Shown one piece after another: positions 47,321-57,848 of a stretch of DNA of 64,000 bases (the first letter of the stretch is position 1; the number at the start of each line of letters is the position of its first letter). Both the position numbers and the translations under genes were made by a program. Source of the DNA: an uncultured Planctomycetia bacterium. Lineage in GTDB: Bacteria > Omnitrophota > Gorgyraeia > Gorgyraeales > Gorgyraeaceae. The stretch lies in assembly GCA_964415355.1 (NCBI GenBank), contig CAYPYS010000001.1, positions 145,733 to 209,732 on the forward strand, written 5' to 3'. The notes beneath the pieces are model-generated. The model made no database searches, had not been told where the DNA came from, and saw nothing but the letters and a program-made list of their open reading frames with translations.

Positions 47321-48472
47321 TTATCTGGCAGCCTTCTTTGTTTCATTCTGCAGTTTTCTTATTTCTTTTTCCCATTGATCCCATATCTTTTTAGTTAATC
47401 TTCTGTCAGGAAAACTGTTCCCGTCTATCGTAATGGGCTTCGTGGTGCCGTCTGTCCAGAATGCATTCTGTATGCCTTCGCGATTCAACCAGTTTGCCCT
47501 GTTGCCTTTGACCACATGATTCCCGCAGTAACCACGTTTGCTGTTGTCGCAAGAGTAAAATGCGACATTGCTTTGCTCCCAAGGCTCGCTGAACATCAGA
47601 TTTTCGCGCACCTCAATATGGCCCCCGCCGCTAAGACCTATACCTACCTGCCCTGGATTAACGCCGATATTCCCCACAGCCTGTTGATAGCTGCCGCCGC
47701 TATCACCAAGCATGATGAACGACCCTGAGCTTGACGGACCATGGCCGCGGGCCCTGTTATAGTCTATCTTCACAGGATCATCAGTAAGCCCATTGACCTT
47801 AAACACTGATATCCAATCCTCAACATCCTCAGCGCCAGGCCTGAGATAATCTCCTATGCGCTCCATAGAATTATAACGCACCCGAATACCTCCGCCTTTG
47901 CACTTTGCCAATTGAACAAAGTTACGCCCGGTATTGACGCCTGTATTATATTCGATGATAATCGGACCTCTGCATCTGGTGGGCAGCACGCCCGAAGAGA
48001 CACGATTGAAATAGCAATTAATGACCTTGATGTCGCGCATGCCGTCAAAGCGCACTGAACCATTTTCCTCTCCGCTTCCAGAGCCGGAGTCCCTTACTGT
48101 TACCCCGTCAATAACAACCTTCGAACCGGAATTAAAGTAGATACCATTATCCGCGTAGTTGCGCAGTTCCAGGCCTTTAATAGTTATTGACTCGGCTCTG
48201 CCGTGAAAGGCGTCACTGATTTCATTCTTGCCATCCAGGATCGCGCCTTTATCGCCGACCCATTTATTTCCCTTCTTAGGATTTATCACGCGCTGCTTTA
48301 CATGAATGCCTGAGGCAACGCGAAAAACCGTACCGCCAGGATACGCATCTTGTATCTGCTGGAAATCATCGCCGACCTTTATCAATACGCCACCCCTGTG
48401 ATCGGCCAGCGAAAATCCACAAAACAAAGCTATCGTAAAAAACAACAAAGAATATTTCAGAAATACCCTCAT
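47321..48472 (-). CDS. secreted right-handed beta-helix (pectin-lyase fold) protein
   Basis: Signal peptide, GAILDG, repetitive Asn/Gly beta-helix pattern. Confidence 0.7.
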   Translation of the reverse strand: MRVFLKYSLLFFTIALFCGFSLADHRGGVLIKVGDDFQQIQDAYPGGTVFRVASGIHVKQRVINPKKGNKWVGDKGAILDGKNEISDAFHGRAESITIKGLELRNYADNGIYFNSGSKVVIDGVTVRDSGSGSGEENGSVRFDGMRDIKVINCYFNRVSSGVLPTRCRGPIIIEYNTGVNTGRNFVQLAKCKGGGIRVRYNSMERIGDYLRPGAEDVEDWISVFKVNGLTDDPVKIDYNRARGHGPSSSGSFIMLGDSGGSYQQAVGNIGVNPGQVGIGLSGGGHIEVRENLMFSEPWEQSNVAFYSCDNSKRGYCGNHVVKGNRANWLNREGIQNAFWTDGTTKPITIDGNSFPDRRLTKKIWDQWEKEIRKLQNETKKAAR

Positions 48473-49920
48473 AAACCGATCTCCTTGACAAATTCTATGT
48501 TATTCTTCCATCCATAGTGCGGCTTAAAGGCCAGACACCTGCCTTTGATATCTTTCAGAGGCTTATCCCAATCCTCTACGTTAGACACGCAGCTAGTTTC
48601 TCTAAGATCAAAATTGCAAAGCTTATCCAGGTTTTCTTTTGATATCTTCTTGAACTTAGGTATCTTCATGGGATCAAAACCCATAAGCCTGCTTGTGACC
48701 GCGTCTACTAAAAAACTGTTTAAGCCAGCCACCAACACCCCGCATGGTTTAACTATAGGATTGGCAGGACCGACTCCCTCCCCTGCTACGATGCCATCCA
48801 CGACTACAAATATATTGCGCTGAGGTTCTTTTTTTAAATTCCCTTTTTTATCAGCGTAAGAAACTATACGGGCAAGGTCTATAATAGTCCTCCAGATTAT
48901 ATCATTGCCATGCCAGTATCCTTTTTTAATACATGAATCTGTGACTCCAATAAAATATCTTAGATCATCCATGACCGGCACAAGAAAATCTCCCAGATAC
49001 CTCTTCAATAACATGACCATTCTTTTTTTGAATCCGCGGGATGCGCCTTTAATGTCGCTGCAGGCCCCGTTGGAACATGACCTATTCGCGTGCGGCAGCC
49101 AATCCCTGTCCCCGGTTATACCTACCATGTTTTTAAGGCCAAGAGTGACGCCGGCTCTTTTGTGAGTTTTCATCTTTGGAAGATTCAATATAACATCTGC
49201 CTCCAATAATGTATTCGATATTAGATATTCACTCTTATCTTTATTGTGATGGAGATGTAATATTTCCGGTCTAAAATTAGGCCCGTCCAAAGATCTGCAG
49301 TCCATGCCGTTTTTCTTGAATTCGCTATTCAAGCCCAGATCTACTCTTGCGTAACCAGCAGGATCCCCCTTAAGCTTGATCGTCTCAACCGCAACTCCGT
49401 TCTTTCTTACGACCCTTTCCTGTCTTAGGTCATATATCTCGATGTTAAAATCAGAATTTTTCCTGTAAAATTCTTTGATCTCGTATAAACCTGAAATCTT
49501 GGTTATCTTTTCAAAATCAGCCTCATCCATAGGCCCGTCTGCTATTATAATCCTGCCTTTCCCTTTTAATGCGATGTACGCATAATCCGCTACTGCCCTG
49601 ATCAAAGACCCATGCGTGATCAAGGCCTTTGTGCCGCCAGCCCTCCCGCTAAAATGTCTCATAAAATTCGGCTTTATGAGCACATTTTGTCCCGGCAATA
49701 TAAAGGAGCCAAATGGATTCCAATCCCCTGTGCCAAAATTATCCAGATCCAGCCCCATAAGTTTAAATAACTCTCTACAGGACACATAGACCTCGTTCCT
49801 CTTATCCACTACACTGCCCTCCTTAAAAGGGTATTCCTCGAATATGAACGGAGGGTTATAGGGCGGCTTTTTTGAATATTTTGCCCTATTCTGTTTGTAG
49901 ATACCGACCTTATGTCTCAT
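48469..49920 (-). CDS. DUF362 family protein
   Basis: VLIKPN, NLPKMKTH..GVTLGLKN, DGIVAGEG.GP. Confidence 0.85.
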   Translation of the reverse strand: MRHKVGIYKQNRAKYSKKPPYNPPFIFEEYPFKEGSVVDKRNEVYVSCRELFKLMGLDLDNFGTGDWNPFGSFILPGQNVLIKPNFMRHFSGRAGGTKALITHGSLIRAVADYAYIALKGKGRIIIADGPMDEADFEKITKISGLYEIKEFYRKNSDFNIEIYDLRQERVVRKNGVAVETIKLKGDPAGYARVDLGLNSEFKKNGMDCRSLDGPNFRPEILHLHHNKDKSEYLISNTLLEADVILNLPKMKTHKRAGVTLGLKNMVGITGDRDWLPHANRSCSNGACSDIKGASRGFKKRMVMLLKRYLGDFLVPVMDDLRYFIGVTDSCIKKGYWHGNDIIWRTIIDLARIVSYADKKGNLKKEPQRNIFVVVDGIVAGEGVGPANPIVKPCGVLVAGLNSFLVDAVTSRLMGFDPMKIPKFKKISKENLDKLCNFDLRETSCVSNVEDWDKPLKDIKGRCLAFKPHYGWKNNIEFVKEIGL

Positions 49921-49931
49921 TTAATCCTCTC

Positions 49932-50897
49932 TCAATGCTTCAATGAATATAAAGAAACTGAACTCGCAAAAAGGGTCCTGTTTAAAAGAAAGCTCACGTC
50001 TATGCATCTCAATGAAAATCTATCGGTGTTCCTGCAATTAGATCCTTTAATACATGCCCTGGCGTAATCAAAACCCGCATCCTTGACGATATCCTTAACC
50101 CTTTCATCGTATATGCCGAATGGATAGCAGAACCCTATTTTTTTTAACCCTAACTTTTTCTCCAGTTCCAGTTTAGAATCCGCGAGCTCCCTGCGTATCT
50201 CACTGTCTTCCATAAGGCATAAGTTCCTATGGGTCTTTGTGTGCGAACCAAAATCTATCCCTGACGCTGCCATTTCTTTAATCTGTTGCCAGCCGAGCAT
50301 CTGGTTAGGAGTTATTTTTTTATCTATCCGATACTGTTTTTTCAGGCCGTCTATAAAATCTCTTATCTCGGGTTCCTTCTTATTCATAAGAAAATTGTTT
50401 ATCCTGGCGGCTCTATGCGCATCTTTGAGTATGTTGTTAGACTTAAAACCGTGACATTTCCGTCCGGAACACTTCATTATCTGAAAAACCTCATCCCACC
50501 AAAAAAGATGGTTCTGGCCTATAAAATCCGTCGTAAGAAATATGGTCGCGGTCAAACCATGCTTCTTGATAACAGGAAATGCGTGCTCATAGTTATCCAT
50601 ATAGCCATCGTCCAGATTAATGGATACATAAATACCCTTGCTTCTTTCTTCAGAAACCAAATCCAGTCCGTCTGTCATGTTTACGACCTTAAAATTATCT
50701 TTTATGAATTTCAGGTGTTCTTCGAAAACATCGACAGGTACACCCATATATTCATACGAATCTATCGACGGGGCAATCCTGTGGTAAACTATATTTAATA
50801 AAAGAGGGTGCCTGTGATTGCGTAACAACCAGAGCATGTACCTCTCCATCCCGGAATAATGATGTATGTATCCAGCTATATCCTTTATTGCCCTCAT
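49932..50897 (-). CDS. polysaccharide deacetylase
   Basis: YHRI, DDGY, GSHTKTH, FCYPFG. Confidence 0.9.
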   Translation of the reverse strand: MRAIKDIAGYIHHYSGMERYMLWLLRNHRHPLLLNIVYHRIAPSIDSYEYMGVPVDVFEEHLKFIKDNFKVVNMTDGLDLVSEERSKGIYVSINLDDGYMDNYEHAFPVIKKHGLTATIFLTTDFIGQNHLFWWDEVFQIMKCSGRKCHGFKSNNILKDAHRAARINNFLMNKKEPEIRDFIDGLKKQYRIDKKITPNQMLGWQQIKEMAASGIDFGSHTKTHRNLCLMEDSEIRRELADSKLELEKKLGLKKIGFCYPFGIYDERVKDIVKDAGFDYARACIKGSNCRNTDRFSLRCIDVSFLLNRTLFASSVSLYSLKH

Positions 50898-52027
50898 AGA
50901 AACCTCTGCTTCGCCTCTTTCAATATTCTATAGACAATTGTGTTCTTTTTTATATTCTCTTTTACGCATTTAAACCCCATGCATAAAAGATAAAGAACCC
51001 TGCCATAAAAACCCTTTTTAAAAATTCTTACTCTCCCGTGAGTCCTGAAATCCTGCGTAAACCTGGTTTTCCACTTCTCCTCTCCTCTGCCGAAATCTAT
51101 CTCTCTTATGCCTCTTGGAATAGAATCTTCTATGTTCCACAACATGAGCATAGTCCCCGGAGAAAGGTACGAATATCTAGAATCAAACTCCACGCTATAG
51201 TTATATATCCTGTTGTTGTGCAAAAAATTATATATATATGCTATGGGTATATTATTCATCCTGAGAATCGATATATCCAGACATCCGGACCCTGGGGTTT
51301 TAAAAAACATCTCCCTGTGGAAATCCCTGTCATAGTCTTTCAGGAACACGCTTTTCTGTCTTCTCCCCTTCCAGCTGCGCTTTGATATAAACTCTATATC
51401 ACGGAACAGGTTCTCTTTTACTTCATCATGCGCGTAACGCCTGAATTTCAGGTTGGCCCAGGCATTACTATTGGATTTTTTAATCTTTCTATGCAATTTT
51501 TTAGAATTCCTCTTTAGAAACAGCTCTGAATCAGAGTCTAATTTAATAAAAAAAGATCTGGTGCTATTACTTGATATATATTTGAGCCTGCGTGACTTAA
51601 CCCAATTTTGTATCAGCTCTACGGTTCCGAAGGACGTCGCCATCTCCTGAAAATCCAGAAAATCCCAATCTGCGCTCATCTCCATAAGATAATCCATTAT
51701 AGGTGGTACACATCTTTCTCTGGGCGCATCCAGGATAAAATCCATTCTGTCTGATACAGTGGTCCCTATGAAACAAACAGACCTTGCATGAGCCCCCATA
51801 AAATCATATCTTCTGATCATAAGGGGGGCAATGCCGACCAATATCTCGCCGTCAAATACAGTCAATACAACAAGCCTGTTGCCGTTACAGCAGTTCCTTA
51901 TATAAGAATCCATCCAGTCATGTGTAAGGAATATATTATCCACTTTGCTCCTTGATATGAGATCGTCCCATGCCTCTCTCATATCCCTGAACTTTTTATA
52001 ACTGGAAATCTCTTTTATCTCTAACAT
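50894..52027 (-). CDS. GNAT acetyltransferase (CelD/BcsL type)
   Basis: IFLTHDW, GIAPL, SPGTML, DFGRGEE.WK; start MLEIKE. Confidence 0.82.
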   Translation of the reverse strand: MLEIKEISSYKKFRDMREAWDDLISRSKVDNIFLTHDWMDSYIRNCCNGNRLVVLTVFDGEILVGIAPLMIRRYDFMGAHARSVCFIGTTVSDRMDFILDAPRERCVPPIMDYLMEMSADWDFLDFQEMATSFGTVELIQNWVKSRRLKYISSNSTRSFFIKLDSDSELFLKRNSKKLHRKIKKSNSNAWANLKFRRYAHDEVKENLFRDIEFISKRSWKGRRQKSVFLKDYDRDFHREMFFKTPGSGCLDISILRMNNIPIAYIYNFLHNNRIYNYSVEFDSRYSYLSPGTMLMLWNIEDSIPRGIREIDFGRGEEKWKTRFTQDFRTHGRVRIFKKGFYGRVLYLLCMGFKCVKENIKKNTIVYRILKEAKQRFL

Positions 52028-52029
52028 GT

Positions 52030-53013
52030 CTATCCTTTGTAAATAATTTCTTTGGCCTCTATCCGGCTCTCTATCCAACTATATGTTTCAGCAAGCCCTT
52101 CCTCCAGGCTTACCTTCGGCCCCCAATCTAAAATTCTATGCTGGATAGAATTATCGGAATTTCGGCCTCGTACCCCCTGGGGTTTGCTTAGATCATAGAT
52201 CTTGCTTAGCTTCTTGCCTGATATTTTTATTATCATATCCGCAAGTTCATCTATCGTAACCATGCGGTCAGAACCAATATTAATCGGCTGTCTGTAATCC
52301 GAACGCATCAACCTGTAAAAACCCTCCAGGCAATCATCGATATAACAATATGATCTGGTCTGCTTGCCGTCGCCCCATATTTCAATTGCTTCGCCGTCTC
52401 CGGCAGAAGCGACCTTCCTGCAGATTGCAGCGGGTGATTTTTCTCTCCCTCCTTTGTAATCGCCCTCTGGGCCAAAGATATTATGAAATCTTGCGATCCT
52501 TGTATCCAGTCCGTAATCCAGGTAATAATCAATGCACAGCCTTTCACTAAAAAGTTTCTCCCAGCCATATTCGTTGTCAGGCTCGGCAGGATATGCATCG
52601 GATTCTTTAAGTCCCGCGATATCCGGTTTTTGCTGTTTAAATACTGGATATATGCAGGCGGACGAAGAAAAAAAGAATTTTTTTATCTTATTGGTGCGTG
52701 ACGCCTCAAGCATATGGGTATTTATAAGCACGTTATCCCTCATTATCTCTGCCTTTGCCTGTGTAATAAATCCTATCCCACCCATATTGGCGGCAAGATT
52801 ATACACCTCATCCACGCCTTCTGTGACACGCAGGCAGTTTTCCCATTTTCTCAGGTCGAGGAGCAGGAATTCGTCTGCCGCGCTCTCGCTGTATTGTGGC
52901 TTTTTAATATCGACCCCGCGCACCCAATATCCTTTTTTAATCAGAAATTTTACCAGGTGGCTTCCAATAAACCCTCCCGCGCCCGTAACTACGATCCTTG
53001 TTCTTTTTTTCAT
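52030..53013 (-). CDS. NAD-dependent epimerase, GDP-mannose 3,5-epimerase-like
   Basis: GAGGFIG, LAANMGGIGFI, SSACIYP, YGWEKL, GGREKSPAAICRK, GVRGRNSDN. Confidence 0.85.
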   Translation of the reverse strand: MKKRTRIVVTGAGGFIGSHLVKFLIKKGYWVRGVDIKKPQYSESAADEFLLLDLRKWENCLRVTEGVDEVYNLAANMGGIGFITQAKAEIMRDNVLINTHMLEASRTNKIKKFFFSSSACIYPVFKQQKPDIAGLKESDAYPAEPDNEYGWEKLFSERLCIDYYLDYGLDTRIARFHNIFGPEGDYKGGREKSPAAICRKVASAGDGEAIEIWGDGKQTRSYCYIDDCLEGFYRLMRSDYRQPINIGSDRMVTIDELADMIIKISGKKLSKIYDLSKPQGVRGRNSDNSIQHRILDWGPKVSLEEGLAETYSWIESRIEAKEIIYKG

Positions 53014-53789
53014 GACTCGCTCCTTATCTCTTGATTTTTTCTGCTAAACAGTTCTTTTATCAGCCAGTATATCAGCATGGAATTGCCTATCAAATAGCGT
53101 TTCCAGAGCCTTCGCGGCTCGACAAGCAGTCTGAAAAGCCATTCCAATCCGGCATTCTGCATAAACTCTGGCGCTTCCTTAAGGTTCCCTGCGTGAAAAT
53201 CAAATGCAGCGCCAACGCCTATCAAGATAGACGCATTTAACTTATCTCTGTGTTCATACATCCAGATCTCCTGCTTAGGCGTACTCAGCCCTACCCATAC
53301 AATATCTGCTCCCGACGAATTAATGGCCCTGCATGCCTTCTTATCTTCTTCCTCGCTCAATTTTCTAAACGGAGGGCAATAAGTCTCTGTTATTTTTACT
53401 CCCGGAAATTTATTTTCAAATACAGCTTTAAGCTGTTCGGCCACGCCTTCTTTGCCCCCGTAGAAAAAATGTCTATATCCTTTCTTAAAGGTATTCTCAA
53501 AAAATGTATGCATAAAAGTCCTGCCGCAGGTTCTTTTCTTAATGGCCTTTGCCCCTTTAAGCCTGCTGATCCATACAAGAGGCATTCCGTCCGGCAGGGC
53601 TAAAAAGGCTGAATTCGATACCTTTTTAAAATAACTGTCCCTTTGAGCGTTGACAAGATTATTGGCGCTCATAAGAGTCACGTAGACAGCAGGGTCTTTT
53701 TTCTGGATCTGCTTCTCTACCTCACTGACAGCGGATCTATAATCTTCTATATTTACCTTTAACCCTAAAATCTCAACGATCTTTTTCAT
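53010..53789 (-). CDS. WecB/TagA/CpsF glycosyltransferase (GT26)
   Basis: PDGMPLVW, VGLSTPKQE, GVGAAFDF, GLEWLFRL..EPRRLWKRY. Confidence 0.93.
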   Translation of the reverse strand: MKKIVEILGLKVNIEDYRSAVSEVEKQIQKKDPAVYVTLMSANNLVNAQRDSYFKKVSNSAFLALPDGMPLVWISRLKGAKAIKKRTCGRTFMHTFFENTFKKGYRHFFYGGKEGVAEQLKAVFENKFPGVKITETYCPPFRKLSEEEDKKACRAINSSGADIVWVGLSTPKQEIWMYEHRDKLNASILIGVGAAFDFHAGNLKEAPEFMQNAGLEWLFRLLVEPRRLWKRYLIGNSMLIYWLIKELFSRKNQEIRSES

Positions 53790-53807
53790 GATCTCGGATA
53801 TCTCTCC

Positions 53808-54983
53808 CTAGCCTATCGCCTTTTTATATATAACCATCAGCCTATCGTAGTGTTTCTCCGGGCCATACTTCTCTTTTGCGCATTTATAAGCATACTTGCC
53901 CATTTGCAATGCCATGTCGGGATTGCTGCTTGCGTATTCCATTTTTTCAGTCAGATCATACGCATTGCCCGGTTCAAACAAAAATCCGTTTTTCCCGTCT
54001 TCAACCACTTCAGGCAATCCGCCAGCCTTGGAGGCTATAACCGGCGTCCCCACAGAAAAACTTTCCAGGATCGACATCGGGAAATTATCATAACACTCCG
54101 AAGGGACGATGTTGAATCTTGCCTTCTGCAGGATTCCAAATCTTTTATCCCCCGGTATATATCCCAAAAATTCTATGCCTGATATATTATTTTTAGCGAC
54201 GTAGCCCTGCAGTTCATCTTCCAAGGGACCTTTTCCTACGATCTTCAATTTTAGTTTGCGTATTTTCCGAAAAACCCTTAACAATGTCACCAGCCCTTTT
54301 TCTTTTGAAACGCGCCCCATAAAAACAGCGTAATCTTCTTTTTTATTATAGTCGGGGGACATCTCTTCCTGAGGCAGGAAATTTTCCTCTACTTCTATCT
54401 TTTCCTCGGGAAACCCGGCTTTAACGAACTTATCCTTTGCGAAACAGGATAATACTATAAACCTGTCTATCTTTTTCTCAAAAGTCCTTATCTTCCTATG
54501 GAGCCAGAAAGTCAATGCGTACAATCCAGATAAGAGAAAACTATCTTTGTAACATTTATGAAAAAAACAGTTAAACGTATTGCCTCCTTTACACTTCTCG
54601 CAAACAGCATTATTCCTATAAAAAAGTCCGTTCGGGCATAGAAAACGGTAATTATGCACTGATTGCACGATTGGTATCCTTCGCCGCTTCAGGCAATAAT
54701 ATACGGAAGGCGATATCACGGGAAAGACATTATGTATATGAGCGACATCGGGCCTCTCGCCATCGATCAACTTATTCATCTCTTTAAGCGTCCTGCGCGA
54801 ATAAACAGTTTCCGCGAGAAATCCGATCTTTTTTATAAGGTTGTATCCTTTTATATCGTTATTATGCATCGTGTATCGAACGACGCTGTGCCCGTTCGCC
54901 TCGAGCAGCCTGCGCTCAGAGTCCACAACCCTGTCTTCGCCTCCGGGAATCTGATAGAAATTATGTATTTGCAGTATGTGCAT
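53808..54983 (-). CDS. glycosyltransferase family 4
   Basis: HNFYQ.PGGE, HNYRFLCP, GRVSKEKG, PVIASKAGGLPE. Confidence 0.92.
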   Translation of the reverse strand: MHILQIHNFYQIPGGEDRVVDSERRLLEANGHSVVRYTMHNNDIKGYNLIKKIGFLAETVYSRRTLKEMNKLIDGERPDVAHIHNVFPVISPSVYYCLKRRRIPIVQSVHNYRFLCPNGLFYRNNAVCEKCKGGNTFNCFFHKCYKDSFLLSGLYALTFWLHRKIRTFEKKIDRFIVLSCFAKDKFVKAGFPEEKIEVEENFLPQEEMSPDYNKKEDYAVFMGRVSKEKGLVTLLRVFRKIRKLKLKIVGKGPLEDELQGYVAKNNISGIEFLGYIPGDKRFGILQKARFNIVPSECYDNFPMSILESFSVGTPVIASKAGGLPEVVEDGKNGFLFEPGNAYDLTEKMEYASSNPDMALQMGKYAYKCAKEKYGPEKHYDRLMVIYKKAIG

Positions 54984-54988
54984 CTTAC

Positions 54989-56476
54989 CTAAACCGTCCC
55001 TTTCCGGGTTTCAATACGGTTGTAATCAACCGTTAATCTGTCGACTATAGCCAGGCCCAGCCCCATAAAAAAGAAATACGGGATCGCCATAAACGGGGAT
55101 TCCAGCAAGACTGCGAAAAAAGAAGCCGCTATAATAGCCAGGATAAAACATCCTATCCATATAAGGATATTATGTATTTTATGTTCGCCCAGGATCCTCG
55201 ATAGCCTGATTCCCTTGAGCATATGCAGAAAGAAAGCGCAGTTAATGGCCAGCCATAAAAATAATCCCACTATTCCCATTCTGCCGAATACTGTTATGAA
55301 AAAATTATGCGGGCTTTTAGCTATGCCGCCCACTTCTTCATATTCCCGCGTCCACTCGCCCACCATCAAAGAATATCTGTTGATCGCGAGAGATGGCCCG
55401 AAGCCTTTTCCCAGGAGTAACGATCTTGGATTCTCTAGCGCATCTTCGATCACGAACCTCCACCAGACCAGCCTATAAGACGCTGTCTGGGACTCATCAG
55501 GCGTAAAAATACTCAAAAATTCCTGCACAGTGCCTTCTGCAGACATGTCATAATGGTCTTCTTCCCCTTTTATCGTAAAATTCGAGACAACACCCGCGGC
55601 AAAGATCAGCATTAAAACTATCATGATTTTAAAAAGTACTTTCTTTGTGCTCGTCATGGATAAAAACATAAAAACAAGAAAACAGGAAACGTAAACAGCC
55701 CTTGACTGAAAAAGCAGGATCAAGAAAAATTGTATGATCACCGACAAAACCACCAGTAATTTATTCCAGTTATGATGCTTTACCATTAACAGAAAATAAA
55801 GAGCGCCTCCCAGGAAAATCAGGCTATCGGCGTCTTCCCGGAAACTAAAAAGCGGCATAAACCCCATCAACAAAGGAGAGTTTGCTGCGACAGTTTCTCT
55901 GGCTATATAGAACAAGCCCCATATTGCGTGAAAGACAAAAATCCATCCTATTATTTTGTAAAAAATTTCTATATTTTTATAGTCCTTATAAAATGCATAT
56001 CCGAACAGCAGGAATATTGAATAATAGACCATGGCGAAATCTCTCGCGATACTGACCGGCCTGTGCTGGCTAAGGTTTGTCATGGCGAGAATGCACCCTA
56101 ATAATATCCAGGCGAAGATCCATTTTGAAACGGCGTTAGAGGCTAATTTAGCGATGGCCGATCCGCGCCTGAAGGATATTAAGGATAAAAATATAACGAT
56201 CTCCCCGATAAACAGATAAATGCTGCCCAGGCGAATGCCCACATAAGAAAATCCTCTGCTTAACATAAAATACCCTGCTATCAGGATAATGATATTGCAC
56301 TGCCAGAACTGAAAATTCTTCAATAAAAAATGGTATAAAACCAGGCATCCGAGCAAGGCGATCGCCGCTATTAAAAATACTTCCGAAAAGAGAACCGTCC
56401 CTCCCGTTAAAATAGAAATTATAACTAAAATTGATATTATTCCTAATGTATTCATATTATCCATGCTTTGTTCCAT
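54989..56476 (-). CDS. O-antigen polymerase/ligase family (Wzy-like)
   Basis: Multi-TM, QSRA, TASYRLVWW, G.GFG, SPHNFF. Confidence 0.8.
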   Translation of the reverse strand: MEQSMDNMNTLGIISILVIISILTGGTVLFSEVFLIAAIALLGCLVLYHFLLKNFQFWQCNIIILIAGYFMLSRGFSYVGIRLGSIYLFIGEIVIFLSLISFRRGSAIAKLASNAVSKWIFAWILLGCILAMTNLSQHRPVSIARDFAMVYYSIFLLFGYAFYKDYKNIEIFYKIIGWIFVFHAIWGLFYIARETVAANSPLLMGFMPLFSFREDADSLIFLGGALYFLLMVKHHNWNKLLVVLSVIIQFFLILLFQSRAVYVSCFLVFMFLSMTSTKKVLFKIMIVLMLIFAAGVVSNFTIKGEEDHYDMSAEGTVQEFLSIFTPDESQTASYRLVWWRFVIEDALENPRSLLLGKGFGPSLAINRYSLMVGEWTREYEEVGGIAKSPHNFFITVFGRMGIVGLFLWLAINCAFFLHMLKGIRLSRILGEHKIHNILIWIGCFILAIIAASFFAVLLESPFMAIPYFFFMGLGLAIVDRLTVDYNRIETRKGTV

Positions 56477-56504
56477 GGCAGCGCCCTCTTAAATCTGCCG
56501 TGCT

Positions 56505-57824
56505 TCAATTAAGTTTATCTATCGCCCCGGTCAATATATAGTTAAAAGAGATCAGTTTCTTTTGTTTTAAATAAATAAACATGGCTATTGTGACTAAGAT
56601 TTCCGTGATTAACAGAGAAACGGATATCCCTATATGCTTGAAAGGCGGGGTCAATAACAACGATAAGATTATATTGATAACCCCCACGGATACGAGGATC
56701 CCTGAAAAAGCCTTCTTGTGATTAAACGTGAGCATGGTCTGAATGCCTAATATATTGCTCAGGCTGATTATAAACGGTAAAAATGCCAGTATCCTTAATA
56801 CGATTACGGACTGGTAATACTGCCCACCCAGGACTATATTGACTATAGGGGCGGCGAATATAAAAATCGTCAGAGAAATAATGAAAGTCCCCCCACCCAA
56901 AAGAATGGTCAGCTTTCTTATAAACCTTAAAGCCCTTTCCCTGGATTCGTTCGCAAGTTTGCTTATATATGGGAACACTACGTTTGACATAGGGGATAAT
57001 AGCCTCTGTATAGATCTGATGAATCTCTCTGCCGCCGAATAATACCCTACGATTGCATTGCTTGCAAACAACCCCAGAATAAACGTGGTGCTTGTCGTGT
57101 ATAAACTGATCGATGCCCCGGAGATAAATACGTGCCAACCCTCTTTTAACTGGTGGCTTATCGTCTTAAAATTAGGGCGGGAAAATCTTATTTTAAAATT
57201 CTTACGCGCGATCCATAAGCCTAAAATACCGGCTATTAAAAACCCCAGGGATTCTATCAGGGGGACGTAAATATAATCGTGCGTATGCCTTATAAATATA
57301 AATATTGAAGCTGCAAAGACAAACTTGCCGACAATGTTCAAAAACAGGATATGTTTCATTTTTTCCATCCCCTGAAAAAACCAGACCGGCAGAAATGCAT
57401 GGCCTATGACCACGCCAAAGGTAAAAAGATAAACAAGGTAATCCTTCCTGAGCCTGGGGACAAAAAATACCAGTCCCATTAAAAGCGACAGGCTGATGAT
57501 TAAAAAACAAAATTTAATGAACAGCACGGAACTGAAGATCTCATCCGTCTTCTTTTTGTCTTCCCTGTTTATGGATATCTGCCTTGTCGCAGGTATATCT
57601 AATCCGTAATCTATTAAAAGAGAAAAATACTGAATAAACGCACGTGCAAAGGCAATAAGCCCGAATCTTCCGGGACCCAGGACCCTGACCAGATAAGGCA
57701 GGGTAATGAGAGCGAAAAAGGAATCCGCTGCCTTTAAAGAAGACAGGGAGAAAAAATTCTCAAACAATGTCTTTTTTTCCGGAGTAGCAATGGCCCTTTT
57801 AAAAAAATTCTTGCCGAATAACAT
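56505..57824 (-). CDS. wzx: Wzx flippase
   Basis: PYLVRVLG..FG, WFFQGMEKM, VGYYSAAE. Confidence 0.88.
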   Translation of the reverse strand: MLFGKNFFKRAIATPEKKTLFENFFSLSSLKAADSFFALITLPYLVRVLGPGRFGLIAFARAFIQYFSLLIDYGLDIPATRQISINREDKKKTDEIFSSVLFIKFCFLIISLSLLMGLVFFVPRLRKDYLVYLFTFGVVIGHAFLPVWFFQGMEKMKHILFLNIVGKFVFAASIFIFIRHTHDYIYVPLIESLGFLIAGILGLWIARKNFKIRFSRPNFKTISHQLKEGWHVFISGASISLYTTSTTFILGLFASNAIVGYYSAAERFIRSIQRLLSPMSNVVFPYISKLANESRERALRFIRKLTILLGGGTFIISLTIFIFAAPIVNIVLGGQYYQSVIVLRILAFLPFIISLSNILGIQTMLTFNHKKAFSGILVSVGVINIILSLLLTPPFKHIGISVSLLITEILVTIAMFIYLKQKKLISFNYILTGAIDKLN

Positions 57825-57848
57825 CTCTACCTCTTAGTCGTCCGTTTT

